In this document: positions 1-10,266 of the stretch, one piece after another | How the letters are laid out: the number at the start of each line of letters is the position of its first letter | Position numbering within the stretch: position 1 is the first letter of the stretch | Assembly: GCA_011050235.1 (NCBI GenBank) | Contig: DRGC01000022.1 | Coordinates: forward strand, 128,827 to 192,826 | Length of the DNA stretch: 64,000 nt | Reading direction: 5' to 3' | Source: Phycisphaerae bacterium | GTDB lineage: Bacteria; Planctomycetota; Phycisphaerae; SM23-33 | Program-made: the position numbers and the translations under genes | The notes under the pieces: model-generated | What the model was told of the DNA's origin: nothing | Seen by the model: the letters and a program-made list of their open reading frames with translations, nothing else | Database searches by the model: none

Positions 1-945
1 CAACATCCCTCCGAGCGCCATGAGGAGCATCGTCTTGCCTTGTGGCGTTTCGTACAGGGGCGCCATGTAGTCGGGGTTCATCGAATTGATGACGCCGAAC
101 ATCAAGATGGGCAATGCGATCAGCACTCGCTTGCCAAGATTCGCCGAGGCCGTAAGGATTCGAATCCGACGGCTCAGTCGCATCCGATCGCGTATGACCG
201 TCGCCAGACGGTCGACCAGATCCGCCAGATTGCCGCCGCTACGCAGATGGATGATCACGGACGTCGCGAAGATCCGCATATCGTGACTGTCCGTTATGGT
301 GGCGACGTCCCGCAGCGCCTCCTCCAGCTTCATGCCAAGTTGCTGCTTTTGGCAAACCGACTCGAATATGGGCCCCACCGGCGAGTCGATTTCATCGGCC
401 ACCACCATGAAGGAACCCGATAACGGATGGCCCGCCCTTAAGGACCGGGCCGCAAGACCCAGGGCATCCAGGAACTGCGTTTCGAATAACGCAACACGAC
501 GCTGGAGGCGATTCTTGAAGCAGACCCACACGATCGTTACCACCGTGACCGCGGCGCCCAGCATGGCCGGAAAACTCCCCGTGATCACCAACACCGCTGA
601 CGCCACCAGGGCCGTCCCACCTGCCAGACCCAGCACCACTGCTTGCAGCGGCGCCTTGATGCCGGACTGTTCCTTCAGTTGAGCTAGGCGGGCCCGCAAG
701 GACGGCTTCGCTCCTGCCCCCGGGACTTCCAACGTCTCTTCCTTACCGTCATGCCATAGTCGAAGAACTCGATCCTCGTCCAAATGGGGGTGCGAGATAT
801 TGATCCGCTGCTGGAGCTTCTGGGCTCGATTTCGGCGGCGTACCCTCAAGAGCAGCACGATGCCAATCCAGGACGCCAGCACCAGACCGAACACCGCGAT
901 CGGCAGGAGAAGGTCGAAAATGGTCACAGAATTAGCCACGGTCAC
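1..945 (-). CDS. tadB: Flp pilus assembly platform protein TadB (T2SSF family), truncated at window edge
   Basis: Manual minus-strand translation, open to position 1: N-terminal TM segment, 'FETQFLDALGLAARSLRAGHP', 'RSGGNLADLVDRLATVIRDR'. Overlaps the end of tadA. Not in the ORF track because it has no stop in the window. GTG start is approximate. Confidence 0.88.
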   Translation of the reverse strand, partial: MTVANSVTIFDLLLPIAVFGLVLASWIGIVLLLRVRRRNRAQKLQQRINISHPHLDEDRVLRLWHDGKEETLEVPGAGAKPSLRARLAQLKEQSGIKAPLQAVVLGLAGGTALVASAVLVITGSFPAMLGAAVTVVTIVWVCFKNRLQRRVALFETQFLDALGLAARSLRAGHPLSGSFMVVADEIDSPVGPIFESVCQKQQLGMKLEEALRDVATITDSHDMRIFATSVIIHLRSGGNLADLVDRLATVIRDRMRLSRRIRILTASANLGKRVLIALPILMFGVINSMNPDYMAPLYETPQGKTMLLMALGGML

Positions 946-2320
946 TATCACTCTTGGTCTTTTCGAAGTCGGTCAACTGACGGCGCCGGAACATCCCCAC
1001 CGGGAACTCGATGCCTTCCGCCGCCAGGCGCCCCAAGAGCATGGGCTGGACCCCGCACGCCTCGAACGTCCCGGCGGCGTGGCCGTCTTCCCGAATGCTC
1101 GTTTGATTGAAACGGAACACCTCGTGCAGGCAGATGACCTCGCCTTCCATCCCGGTGATCTCCGAGATGCTGATCACCTTTCGCTTGCCGCCGGTCAGTC
1201 GCGAAGCGTGAATGAGTACTTCCAACGAAGACGCCATTTGCTGCCGAATCGCCCGGGCCGACAATTGGACGCCGCCCATGCCGATCAAGTTCTCCACGCG
1301 CATGAGGGCGTCCCGAGGCGAGTTGGCGTGTACCGTGGTCATGGAGCCGTTGTGGCCGGTGTTCATTGCCTGAAGCATGTCCAGGGTTTCCGCACCGCGC
1401 ACCTCACCGATGATGATGCGATCCGGCCGCATGCGCAGGCAGTTCCGGAGCAGCTCCCGCTGGGTGATTTCGCCGCTGCCTTCGATGTTCGCCGGGCGTG
1501 TTTCCAGACGGACGACGTGCTTTCCCTGGAGCTGCAGCTCCGCGGCGTCTTCGATCGTGATCACGCGTTCATGCGGCGGAATCCACTTCGACATGGCATT
1601 GAGGAGCGTGGTCTTGCCAGAACCCGTTCCTCCGCTAATCAGGATGTTGACCTTCCCGCGAACACAGGCCTCGACGAAGGCAACCATCTCCGACGCCCAG
1701 GTGCCAAGCTCACAGAGCCCTTGACCGTCGAACGGAACCGTCCCGAAGCGCCGGATGCTCAGTGCCGCCCCGTCAAGGGCCAGCGGCGGAATGATCGCGT
1801 TGGCGCGAGACCCGTCTTCGAGACGCGCATCGAGCATGGGTGAGCTCTCGTCAATGCGCCGCCCCACGCGCATGGCGATGCGCTGGATCACCTGCATCAG
1901 ATGCTTATCGTCCCGGAAGCTTGCGTCCGTTCGAGAGAGAATGCCCTGGCGTTCGATGTGTATTTCCTGAGGCCCGTTGACAAGAATGTCGCTCACGCTC
2001 GGATCTCGCAGGAAGCGCTCCAGTGGCCCCAGGCCGAAAATCTCGTCCATCACGTCGGAGAGCAACTGGTCCCGTGCGGATGCGGACAAGGGGCACTTCT
2101 GCTCATCCAGCAATCGATCCACGCGACGGGAGCATTCCCTGTGAAGCTCCTCCATCGGAAGTCGACGGGCTTCCGCCAAGTCCAGGCCCTCGACCAACTG
2201 ATGATGGATTCGGGTTTTGACTTCCTCGACGTTCACCGTGGGCTGGCCTGTTGGGCCTGCCGACCGATCCTTAAGGAGATCGGGATTACGGAGTTTACTC
2301 GTGGATCCTGTCGGGTTCAT
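932..2320 (-). CDS. cpaF: Tad pilus assembly ATPase TadA/CpaF
   Basis: Walker A GGTGSGKT, 'ITIEDAAEL', '[15 protein letters not shown]', '[15 protein letters not shown]'. Confidence 0.96.
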   Translation of the reverse strand: MNPTGSTSKLRNPDLLKDRSAGPTGQPTVNVEEVKTRIHHQLVEGLDLAEARRLPMEELHRECSRRVDRLLDEQKCPLSASARDQLLSDVMDEIFGLGPLERFLRDPSVSDILVNGPQEIHIERQGILSRTDASFRDDKHLMQVIQRIAMRVGRRIDESSPMLDARLEDGSRANAIIPPLALDGAALSIRRFGTVPFDGQGLCELGTWASEMVAFVEACVRGKVNILISGGTGSGKTTLLNAMSKWIPPHERVITIEDAAELQLQGKHVVRLETRPANIEGSGEITQRELLRNCLRMRPDRIIIGEVRGAETLDMLQAMNTGHNGSMTTVHANSPRDALMRVENLIGMGGVQLSARAIRQQMASSLEVLIHASRLTGGKRKVISISEITGMEGEVICLHEVFRFNQTSIREDGHAAGTFEACGVQPMLLGRLAAEGIEFPVGMFRRRQLTDFEKTKSDSDRG

Positions 2321-4047
2321 GCTGGCCTCCGTTTAGCGGCAGCCGGTTCCCGCGCCGCCAAGAGTTCTCTCGCTAGGTGTTGCAGGTCTCTTCGCAGCGC
2401 CGATCTCGGGGCCGCCACCGAAAGCGGCAGCCCGTAGTTGATGGCGCTGACCGCGCTGTCGTAGTCATTGTTGACGCATTCGACGGTGACGTCGCCGACG
2501 GCTTCCTTCGCTTCCGATAGCCCCAACAGAGCATTGCGTCTTTGGCGGAAGCGATTGGCCACCAGGACCAGTCGTTCCATGGGCACGCCGTGCTCGTGGA
2601 CCAGATTGTGAAGGATTCGCCGGCTGGTGCGAACGTCCTTGACCTGAGGCTGAAGGACGATGAAGGTCTTGGCGCTGGCCATCGCCAAGGCGGCGGCCGC
2701 TTCGGGGCTGACGCGCGGGGCGTCGATGATCGTGTAGCTGTAGGCGTTCTTGCAGGCCTCCACGGCGCGCCGAATTTGCTCTGCTCGAGGCGCCGACGCG
2801 ACCGTTTCGGCGCCCACACTGGCCGGACTGATCAACACGTCCAGGCCGTCGTTGTACTTGAGGGAGATGGAACGGACCAGCGCCTTGTCGGCGTCCTGGC
2901 TTTGAGCGAGGACATCTGCAATGCCATAGCGCCCGGTCAGGCCCAGGTAGGTCGACACCGTCCCGTAGTCGTAGTCCATGTCCACCAGCAGGACCGGTTT
3001 GGCGGAGATCAGGCCGACTTCGCTGGCCAAATTGACGGCGATGGTGGTCGCGCCGCAGCCGCCGCCGCCGGACAGGACCGTGGCCACCATACCTCCCAAA
3101 TCTCCCTGAGAGGTCTCCTTCTGGCGAAGTCTTCGGAGGTAGCCGGCCAGGTCCTCTTCCAGAGACGCCAGGGTCAGGAAGTACCTTGCGCCGGCTTCCA
3201 TGGACGTCATCACGAGTTGGCTGTCGGGGAACTCCGACAACACCATGAAACGACTGTCGTGGAACTGTCCGATGATGGGCTGCAGTTGAGTCAACGCCTT
3301 GGCCGGGCTGGCGCCCAGGTCGACGACAACAGCCCGAGCGGGCTCCTTTTCCAGGCGGGTGACAAGCTCCGACAGGTCGGCGCACACGCTGGAGACGGCG
3401 ACCCCGCCACTGGCTTTCGCGGCGGCGGAAATCCGCTCTGTGGTTTGGTCATCTTGGCTGACGACAAGCAGGCTGAGCTGAACGCCGATGTCTCTGGCGG
3501 GCGGGTCCACCGGAACGCGCTGGGGCCTATCCTCGCGCGAGAGACCAAGTTGGTCCATGAACTCGGGACGCGCCGGGGCGCTGACGTTGCTGAGAAGCTC
3601 GATCGGCTCGTCTTCCGGCTCCGGCTCCGGCTCCGGCATCAACTCGAAGCCCGGAGCGATCTCAGTGGGCTCGGCTACGTTGGCCGGTTCGGGCCCAGCC
3701 TTTGGGGCGACCGAAGCCAACTGGTCGACCAGGTCCTTGACCGCCTTGGCCGTCATCTCAGACGGGAGTCCGTCGCCGAGCTTCCCGTCGAGCATGGCTT
3801 GCTTGACGATCGCACGGATTTCCTCGGCCGCTTGAGGCGCCGTTTCGGGATACGGAGAGATCGCAATGACGATCTTGTCCTCGATCCACGCGTCGAGGAT
3901 CCCCTCGCTCTTCAAGGGAGCCGGCGCCGGGCCCGGTCGGGGGGCTGTCTCGGAGGCGCCAGGCCCATCACCCTTGCCAATCGCAGGGATGATGTTCCCA
4001 ACGGGTGGCTCGCCGTCATTGAGAGACTGTCTGTGCTCGTTCTGCAC
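2317..4047 (-). CDS. cpaE: CpaE/TadZ-like protein (degenerate receiver + MinD/ParA-like domain) with long N-terminal extension
   Basis: Deviant Walker A 'GGGGCGATTIAVNLA', 'LLVDMD', 'YTIIDAP'. GTG start with AGGAGG RBS. Lies between the secretin and the ATPase. Confidence 0.85.
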   Translation of the reverse strand: MQNEHRQSLNDGEPPVGNIIPAIGKGDGPGASETAPRPGPAPAPLKSEGILDAWIEDKIVIAISPYPETAPQAAEEIRAIVKQAMLDGKLGDGLPSEMTAKAVKDLVDQLASVAPKAGPEPANVAEPTEIAPGFELMPEPEPEPEDEPIELLSNVSAPARPEFMDQLGLSREDRPQRVPVDPPARDIGVQLSLLVVSQDDQTTERISAAAKASGGVAVSSVCADLSELVTRLEKEPARAVVVDLGASPAKALTQLQPIIGQFHDSRFMVLSEFPDSQLVMTSMEAGARYFLTLASLEEDLAGYLRRLRQKETSQGDLGGMVATVLSGGGGCGATTIAVNLASEVGLISAKPVLLVDMDYDYGTVSTYLGLTGRYGIADVLAQSQDADKALVRSISLKYNDGLDVLISPASVGAETVASAPRAEQIRRAVEACKNAYSYTIIDAPRVSPEAAAALAMASAKTFIVLQPQVKDVRTSRRILHNLVHEHGVPMERLVLVANRFRQRRNALLGLSEAKEAVGDVTVECVNNDYDSAVSAINYGLPLSVAAPRSALRRDLQHLARELLAAREPAAAKRRPA

Positions 4048-4079
4048 CCTCCGGTCCTCCTGAATGCACCGGCTGCACC

Positions 4080-5693
4080 CTAGGGTGGCAACCTAGTTTC
4101 GACGGCGACACCTTTTGATTCCTCATTACGCGGCATCTGTTTCTCCGGCGGCATTGACGACCGAGGAGTCGGCAGATGGCTCTGGGCGGGAGCTTGATCG
4201 TAGGTCGCCCACGCCCCGGCGCCCCGCAGCCTGTTGAGCCCGGTTTCCGACAGCCATGCCGATTGAGCTTCTGACAATCGCACCGGCGTTTGGCCGGCGA
4301 GCCGCCCCATTGCGTAGAACTCCCAGTCGTTGGGCGCGGTGTGCAACGATCCGGGGACGGGCAAATCCGAGATGTCCTCGCCGGTCGACAGCGGTTCAAC
4401 GAACGATACCGTAACCATTACGACCAAGTCCGTCTCATCCCTTTGATATCGCACCGACCTAAACAGCGCGCCGAGAATAGGGAGGTCACCCAACCCCGGC
4501 ACTCGAGAGCTGCGGGCGTTTTCGGACCGACTGATCAAGCCGGCCATCGCAAAGGTCTGCCCGCTGTTGAGTTCCAGCGTCGTTTCCGCTCTCCGTGTCA
4601 GCAGGGAGGGAATCTCGAACCCTTCGATCGTCACGGCATTCAGGGAGGACGTTTGACTGACTTCCGGGGCCACGTGAAGGCGGATGCGCCCATCGCCCAG
4701 AACGGTGGGCAGGAACCGCAGGCGCACACCGAACTCTTTGTATTCGACCGTTATGCTCGTGCCTCCGCCCGCGGATGACCCTTGGACGATGGGGACCGGG
4801 AATTCGCCGCCAGCCAAGAAACTCGCCTCTTCGCCGGACAGGGCGATAATGGTGGGTTCGGCCAGCACCCGAAGGTACTGGTTCTCGGCCAGGGCCTGTA
4901 TGAATACCTCCAGTGCGACGTTGGGAAAGCCGCCGAACAGCGTCACGGCGGAGGAGACATTCATGTTCTGAGTGAACTGGAACGGCAATATCCGCGCCAT
5001 AGGCGTCCCGGCAGGGACCCCGATGCTAATCGGATTGAGGGGGCCGCCGCCGGATGACCCAGGCACGGAGCCGATAAAGGCGTCCGAGCCCGTTATTACG
5101 GCGTTGATCCCAAGAAGGCGCAAGGCCTGACGGCTGACCTCCGCAATGCGCACTCGCAGTTGTACCTGCTGGATACCTGAGACATGTGTCTTGTCAACGT
5201 AGGTCAGCTCTGTGGCGTCAAGAATCTCACGAAGTTGAGCCGCATGCTCAGCGCGACGCAGGCCACCCTCGACAACCACAACGCCTTGGGTCGTCGTCAG
5301 GCGAAGGTCCGAATAGGGGAAGTATTCACGCAGGCTGGCTTGGAGCTGCCCCAGGTCGACTTGCACATCGACACGCGCCCGCCAGATGTCTTCTTTTTCA
5401 CTCCACAGAATGAGGTCCGTCGAGCCGACGGCCTTGCCCTGCACGAGTATCGACGTTGATGTGAGCACCTGGATGTCGGCCGTTTCGGGGGTCGTCACGG
5501 CCGCACGAGCAACGGGCCAGGGAGCATCAACGACGATCGAATGACCCACGTAGACGGCCAACGATCGCTCTTCTGTGTCGGGGGGTTGACCTTCGGCGTC
5601 AGTCCGGCCCGGCGCCAGCGCCACGGCTGTCAGCGTCGCCACCAGACACATCAGCCTTATCACGGCTCTCGGCTTCTCAATCGTTCCCATCAT
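4080..5693 (-). CDS. cpaC: Tad secretin CpaC/RcpA
   Basis: Signal peptide, 'QVQLRVRIAEV', 'LAEPTIIALSGEEASFLAGGEFPVP', 'VPGLGDLPILGALF'. Confidence 0.95.
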   Translation of the reverse strand: MMGTIEKPRAVIRLMCLVATLTAVALAPGRTDAEGQPPDTEERSLAVYVGHSIVVDAPWPVARAAVTTPETADIQVLTSTSILVQGKAVGSTDLILWSEKEDIWRARVDVQVDLGQLQASLREYFPYSDLRLTTTQGVVVVEGGLRRAEHAAQLREILDATELTYVDKTHVSGIQQVQLRVRIAEVSRQALRLLGINAVITGSDAFIGSVPGSSGGGPLNPISIGVPAGTPMARILPFQFTQNMNVSSAVTLFGGFPNVALEVFIQALAENQYLRVLAEPTIIALSGEEASFLAGGEFPVPIVQGSSAGGGTSITVEYKEFGVRLRFLPTVLGDGRIRLHVAPEVSQTSSLNAVTIEGFEIPSLLTRRAETTLELNSGQTFAMAGLISRSENARSSRVPGLGDLPILGALFRSVRYQRDETDLVVMVTVSFVEPLSTGEDISDLPVPGSLHTAPNDWEFYAMGRLAGQTPVRLSEAQSAWLSETGLNRLRGAGAWATYDQAPAQSHLPTPRSSMPPEKQMPRNEESKGVAVETRLPP

Positions 5694-6702
5694 TTTGATC
5701 TAGGCTTTCCTGCACCTCAGCGGGATCGCTTGCGGTCCGTTCGTCCGCAAATGGTTCGGCGCGCAGTTCGGCCGTCTCTAGTACTTTCGGCACTGGAAGG
5801 GCTATTCTCTTGATTGTTTTTCCCCTGATGACCACCATCTGCCAAAGCGGCTCAGGTTCATCGGCGACCGCCTGGCCAGAAGGGGCCGCGGGGGCCAGCT
5901 CAGGAGGGAGGACATCCTCTGCAACCTCTTTTGGAAACACCCTTTGTATCGGGTCTGGTTCCTGCGTCTGCCGGAACAACTGGCCCAGGGACATAGGCTC
6001 GGCCTGGACCGTCTCGGCGTCAATAGGATTGCGCAAGGCCAGCGAGATTGACCCCTGCCCCATGGCCAATTGAATCGCTTCGGCCTGGGTCGCGTCCAAC
6101 ATCAGCGTCACCGTTAAGCTGCGATCATAGACGGACCTGGTGTCTCCCTCGTCTTTGGACAGCACGGTTTGACTGTTGATCGCCAGGACCTGGATCCCTT
6201 GGAGCAAAACCCCCGAGACCACTTCTCCGCGCCCGGACCCCTTTCCGGGATCCCGGATCGACGCCAAGACGTCCACGATACTGCCAGGATACAACAGCCC
6301 CTTGAGCCCGGAATGATTCGACAGTGACACGCTTACGGCCCGCATCCCTTCCGGGAGCGCCGAGGCCAGCCGCAGACCCGATCCTTCTTGTGCAAAGCAC
6401 CCCGCGGTGAAGGCCTGTCCTTCGACCATCGGCACGGTCAGCACCCTTCCGATAACCAGGGCGGCCGGCAGATGCCCTTCCGGGACCTGCCCGCCGGATA
6501 GGGTCTCCGTGACGACCTGTTCCTGCTCGATCACTCGGCCTGGCCGGAGGTCTTGTGTTGCCAGGGCCACCTCCACCTCGACCGAAGTCCCCCCGGAGGC
6601 CCGCCTCGGGCCCCTTCCCATCGAAGCGACCAGCACCGCCGCACACAGGGCCGCGACCATACCGGTGACGATGAGTCCAGCTAGAGACCATTTTGCGCGC
6701 AT
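5677..6702 (-). CDS. cpaB: Flp pilus assembly protein CpaB/RcpC (SAF domain)
   Basis: N-terminal TM, 'LPEGMRAVSV', 'LYPGSIVDVL', 'GSISLALR'. Confidence 0.93.
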   Translation of the reverse strand: MRAKWSLAGLIVTGMVAALCAAVLVASMGRGPRRASGGTSVEVEVALATQDLRPGRVIEQEQVVTETLSGGQVPEGHLPAALVIGRVLTVPMVEGQAFTAGCFAQEGSGLRLASALPEGMRAVSVSLSNHSGLKGLLYPGSIVDVLASIRDPGKGSGRGEVVSGVLLQGIQVLAINSQTVLSKDEGDTRSVYDRSLTVTLMLDATQAEAIQLAMGQGSISLALRNPIDAETVQAEPMSLGQLFRQTQEPDPIQRVFPKEVAEDVLPPELAPAAPSGQAVADEPEPLWQMVVIRGKTIKRIALPVPKVLETAELRAEPFADERTASDPAEVQESLDQNDGND

Positions 6703-6729
6703 GATACTTCCTCCTGGACGATCCTTCGT

Positions 6730-7143
6730 CTATTGTCCTTCTTTGGCCATTGTGACCGACGACCGCAAGTTTGCCGGTATCGGCAGTGGCATGCCTGTTA
6801 GTCTTAGTGTGTCGGTGGGAACGGTCACCTCGACGGTCAGTGGCTGTCCGGGCTCGACGGTCATGACGTCCAACGGATCGACGGACACGGAGTAGCCTGT
6901 GTCCTCAAGGCCCGCACTGGCCATCAGCGTATCGATGGCGTTGAGGACGTCCGCGTTCGTGGCCTCGGCCGCGGCGGCGGTTCGGGCGCCGTGACGGGCC
7001 GCGTTCGCCACTTCCTGCGCCTTAAGCAGGAGCCATCCGTATTCGCACACTCCAAAAGTCAACGTCAGCAGAAGCGGGAAGACGATCATAGCTTCGACCA
7101 CGGCTACACCCCTCCTGCTTGGTTGGCTCTTCACGCGCGCCAT
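6730..7143 (-). CDS. tadE: TadE-like pseudopilin
   Basis: 'RRG|VAVVEAMIVFP' cleavage motif with E+5, 'AARHGAR'. Confidence 0.9.
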   Translation of the reverse strand: MARVKSQPSRRGVAVVEAMIVFPLLLTLTFGVCEYGWLLLKAQEVANAARHGARTAAAAEATNADVLNAIDTLMASAGLEDTGYSVSVDPLDVMTVEPGQPLTVEVTVPTDTLRLTGMPLPIPANLRSSVTMAKEGQ

Positions 7144-7727
7144 AACAGCGTCCCCATGGCCGCCAGCGACAACCCGACGACGATAGCCAAACCGTAAGGC
7201 ATGGTCTGTTTCTTCGGTCTCGGCGCCGATGCCTTCGCGACGTCGACCCAGACCGGGCCGGACGAACCCATGGCCGCCAGTATGGCCATGGACGCAGTCG
7301 CAGCCGTATTGGCCAGTACAACGCGAGCCCGTTTCGTCGCCAGGGCCCAGGCCATTCCTAACACAATTCCTGAGATCGACACGCCCATCAGTGCAATGAG
7401 ACTATTGGTGAGTCCTAACCACGCGCCGGCCGCCCCCAGAAACTTGGCGTCCCCTGCGCCGCCGCCGGCAAAGACGAACAGCATCAGACACGGAAATGCC
7501 AACACCAGGCATCCCAGCAGCGACTCACCCAATCCCGCCAGGCCGCCTATCCAGCACCCCCAAACCAAACCGGATAGCAGCAACGGTCCGGTAAGCCAGT
7601 TGGGGATCCGTCGGCCGCGAACATCTGTGATGGCCGCGACCAACGAACCTCCAACCACGACCGCCCACTGGGCCCACTGCAAATCATGTTGCCAAAGAGC
7701 AGTCTGTAACATGGTGAAAAACTCCAT
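7131..7727 (-). CDS. cpaA: Prepilin peptidase CpaA/TadV (A24 family)
   Basis: 'TDVRGRRIPN', 'GGGAGDAK', 'MPYGLAI'; multiple TM segments. Confidence 0.93.
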   Translation of the reverse strand: MEFFTMLQTALWQHDLQWAQWAVVVGGSLVAAITDVRGRRIPNWLTGPLLLSGLVWGCWIGGLAGLGESLLGCLVLAFPCLMLFVFAGGGAGDAKFLGAAGAWLGLTNSLIALMGVSISGIVLGMAWALATKRARVVLANTAATASMAILAAMGSSGPVWVDVAKASAPRPKKQTMPYGLAIVVGLSLAAMGTLLWRA

Positions 7728-7733
7728 ACTTTC

Positions 7734-7761
7734 GGCCCGGCAGGCATCGCCTTGCCGGGCC
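7734..7761 (-). terminator. GC-rich hairpin after the last flp gene (mRNA stabiliser or partial terminator)
   Basis: GGCCCGGCAAGGC-gat-GCC-TGCCGGGCC on the minus strand; no U-tract follows. Confidence 0.45.
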
Positions 7762-7774
7762 AGCGTTAACCTCG

Positions 7775-7963
7775 CTAGGGCGTTGAGCCGCCTCCCATCG
7801 CCGTCTCCAAGGACTGGAACTTCTGGTGGACCAACACGCCAACAGCGGTGATGGTGGCGATGGCGGCCACCGTGATGAGCGCGGCAATGATGGCATACTC
7901 CACCGTCTCCAGGCCACGTTCGTCAGCGACTAGCTTCTTGATGAATTTCCGAATCGTTCTCAT
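7775..7963 (-). CDS. flp: Flp (type IVb/c) pilin, copy 3
   Basis: 62 aa, 'DERG|LETVEYAII' Flp motif, hydrophobic helix, AGGAGA RBS. Confidence 0.93.
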   Translation of the reverse strand: MRTIRKFIKKLVADERGLETVEYAIIAALITVAAIATITAVGVLVHQKFQSLETAMGGGSTP

Positions 7964-8012
7964 GGCTATTGTCTCCTGATTACAATACGACCGAGGCGAT
8001 TTCAGGCGCCGG

Positions 8013-8201
8013 TCAGGGCGTTGAGCCGCCTCCCATTGCTGTCTCCAAGGACTGGAACTTCTGGTGTACCAACACGCCAACAGCAGTGATCGTGGCGATG
8101 GCGGCCACCGTGATGAGCCCGGCAATGATGGCATACTCCACCGTTTCCAGGCCACGTTCGTCAGCGACTAGCTTCTTAATGAATTTCCGAATCGTTCTCA
8201 T
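8013..8201 (-). CDS. flp: Flp pilin, copy 2
   Basis: 62 aa, differs from copy 3 by one residue (IAGL vs IAAL), AGGAGA RBS. Confidence 0.93.
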   Translation of the reverse strand: MRTIRKFIKKLVADERGLETVEYAIIAGLITVAAIATITAVGVLVHQKFQSLETAMGGGSTP

Positions 8202-8251
8202 GGTTATTGTCTCCTGATTACCATGCGACCGAGGCGATTTCAGGCCGCCGG

Positions 8252-8440
8252 TCAAGGCGTTGCGCCGCCTCCCATCGCTGTCTCCAAGGACTGGAACTTC
8301 TGGTGTACCAACACGCCAACAGCAGTGATGGTGGCGATGGCGGCCACCGTGATGAGCCCGGCAATGATGGCATACTCCACCGTCTCCAGACCGCGCTCAT
8401 CCCTTGCGAACTTCTTGACTAGTTCTCCGATGGTTCTCAT
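8252..8440 (-). CDS. flp: Flp pilin, copy 1
   Basis: 62 aa, leader MRTIGELVKKFARDERG, mature part near-identical to the other copies, GGAGG RBS. Confidence 0.93.
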   Translation of the reverse strand: MRTIGELVKKFARDERGLETVEYAIIAGLITVAAIATITAVGVLVHQKFQSLETAMGGGATP

Positions 8441-8892
8441 GATTCCCGTCCTCCACACGAACTCTGCGTTTCCATACCTCGCACGAATATACGTTCACCC
8501 ATCCGTGTCATGGCAACACGCCATCCCACGGACACACTGTTTGGTTTAGGATCCTCATCGCCACGAAAACCGCTCCGGCAAGCAACTCCGCCACGGCCCT
8601 GCATTGGGACCGTCGATCGCGGTGTGTGGTCTTCTGAGGCCCCCCTCAGGAACAAGTTTGACATGGCCGTACACATCATGCCCTACCTTCTGTGGCTGGG
8701 AACTCCAGAGGGACCAAAATGCTCCACGAGGCTCATTGATCCTTGGGGCTACCGGCCCATGTCTACAGGAAGCGTAGGAAAGGAATCTCCTCATGGCCAA
8801 TTCCAGTTCACTGTGTCTGGACGGGCATCGCCCGGACCGGGATTGGCCCGACAGCGTCAATCTATCCTAGGCTTCGCGCAGGAGGGCCCGAC

Positions 8893-10185
8893 ATGAAGAG
8901 GCCAAGGACCCAACGCGGTATGGTCACGATCTGGTTTGCGGTCACGGCGGTCGTCGTTATCGGCCTGGCCGGGCTTGCCGTCGATGCCGGGTACAGCGCC
9001 TTGGCCATACAAAAACTCCAGCACGCCGCTGACGCCGCAGCCCTCGCAGCCACACAGCAACTACCGTTCGGCCCCGAGGCCGCACAGCAGGCAGGCATCG
9101 ACATCGCGCTGGCCAATTCCGTAGCGGGGCAGATGGTTCAACTGGACTTCAACCCCGACAATGACCCCGATGGCGATATCGTCATCGGGTACTACGACCG
9201 AGACAGCCGCACCTTTACCCCGACCGTAGACGCGCCCAATGCCGTCAAGGTCGTCGCCCGCCGGACAGACACCTCGCTTGGCGGCCGCTTGGCTCTGGCA
9301 TTTGGTGCAGCCTTTGGCGTCGCTGACATCAGCCTGGAGAGGTACGCCATCGCAATGATGGCCAACGCGGGAGGCAGTGATGCCGGGCTGATCGTCCTGA
9401 ATGACGTAGGACAGGACGTGCTCAAGGTCCAAGGTAGCGCGATTCTGGACATCCGCTCGGCTGTCCCCAATGGCGTCGGCGCCATCCAGATCAACTCCAA
9501 TCACGCCGATGCCGTCCATGCACAAGGAAATGCCTCGATTCTTGCTGACGAGACCTACATCGTCGCCAACCCCGCCAATCGGCCGGCCGACAAGTTCTAC
9601 CAAGGCGGGTGGAACCCGAACTCGCCTTTCGTGCCGGACCCGCTCGCCGACATCGCGCCGCCGGCCGATTGGGGGCCAGTGCAAGCAACGGGGACCTTCG
9701 GAAGCAACGAGGTGGTGACCATCGAGCCCGGGTACTATCCCGACGGGCTCAAGATAGGGGCGGGCGCGCAGGTTACGATGTTGCCAGGAATCTATGTCAT
9801 TGGCGGTAGCGGACTAGACATCGACGGAAATGGAAACGTCTACGGCGATAGCGTGATGTTCTATATCGATGAAGGCGCCGTGGACATCCGGGGCACCGGC
9901 AACCTTCACCTCACGCCGATGGACAGCGGGGACTATGAAGGTCTGTTGCTCTGGCAAGCGAGGGACAACACCCAAGAGGGGATGATCACCGGCGACGGCG
10001 GGTCCGAACTCGATGGGGTCCTCTACTTCCCCGTCGCCCGCGTTCAGGTCGAAGGCAACGGCGACAAGTTTGGCACGAGGCTGATCTGCGATGAGTTGTA
10101 CGTCCAAGGAAACGGCGTCATCCGCATCAACTTCGGGGGAAGCGGCCCGATCGGCATGGACAGAACCGTCTACTTGGTCGAATAG
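8893..10185 (+). CDS. TadG-like pseudopilin/adhesin (Tad N-terminal domain + Gly-rich beta-repeat C-terminus)
   Basis: 'QRG|MVTIWF', 'GLAVDAG', 'LQHAADAAALAA'; C-terminal 'PGYYPDGL..PGIYVI'. GGAGG RBS before ATG 8893. Confidence 0.85.
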   Translation: MKRPRTQRGMVTIWFAVTAVVVIGLAGLAVDAGYSALAIQKLQHAADAAALAATQQLPFGPEAAQQAGIDIALANSVAGQMVQLDFNPDNDPDGDIVIGYYDRDSRTFTPTVDAPNAVKVVARRTDTSLGGRLALAFGAAFGVADISLERYAIAMMANAGGSDAGLIVLNDVGQDVLKVQGSAILDIRSAVPNGVGAIQINSNHADAVHAQGNASILADETYIVANPANRPADKFYQGGWNPNSPFVPDPLADIAPPADWGPVQATGTFGSNEVVTIEPGYYPDGLKIGAGAQVTMLPGIYVIGGSGLDIDGNGNVYGDSVMFYIDEGAVDIRGTGNLHLTPMDSGDYEGLLLWQARDNTQEGMITGDGGSELDGVLYFPVARVQVEGNGDKFGTRLICDELYVQGNGVIRINFGGSGPIGMDRTVYLVE

Positions 10186-10266
10186 TCACTCGAGTACCTG
10201 GGTCGCCGGGCGGCAACGCCTGCCAGAAGAAGGAGCAATGCCGCGAGCACACGAGCCGCAAAAGCA

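Larger units (their letters stand above)
7775..8440. repeat. Tandem triplication, period 238-239 bp (flp gene + spacer)
   Basis: Stops at 7775, 8013 and 8252; spacers 7964-8012 and 8202-8251 are near-identical. Confidence 0.95.

Noticed and set aside
3614..3637. (TCCGGC)x4 as a phase-variation tract
   Set aside because: In-frame hexamer encoding a Pro-Glu linker; slippage would not shift the frame.
7775..8440. Regular repeats as a CRISPR array or DGR template/variable repeats
   Set aside because: The units are whole flp genes with near-identical spacers; no cas or reverse transcriptase gene is in the window.
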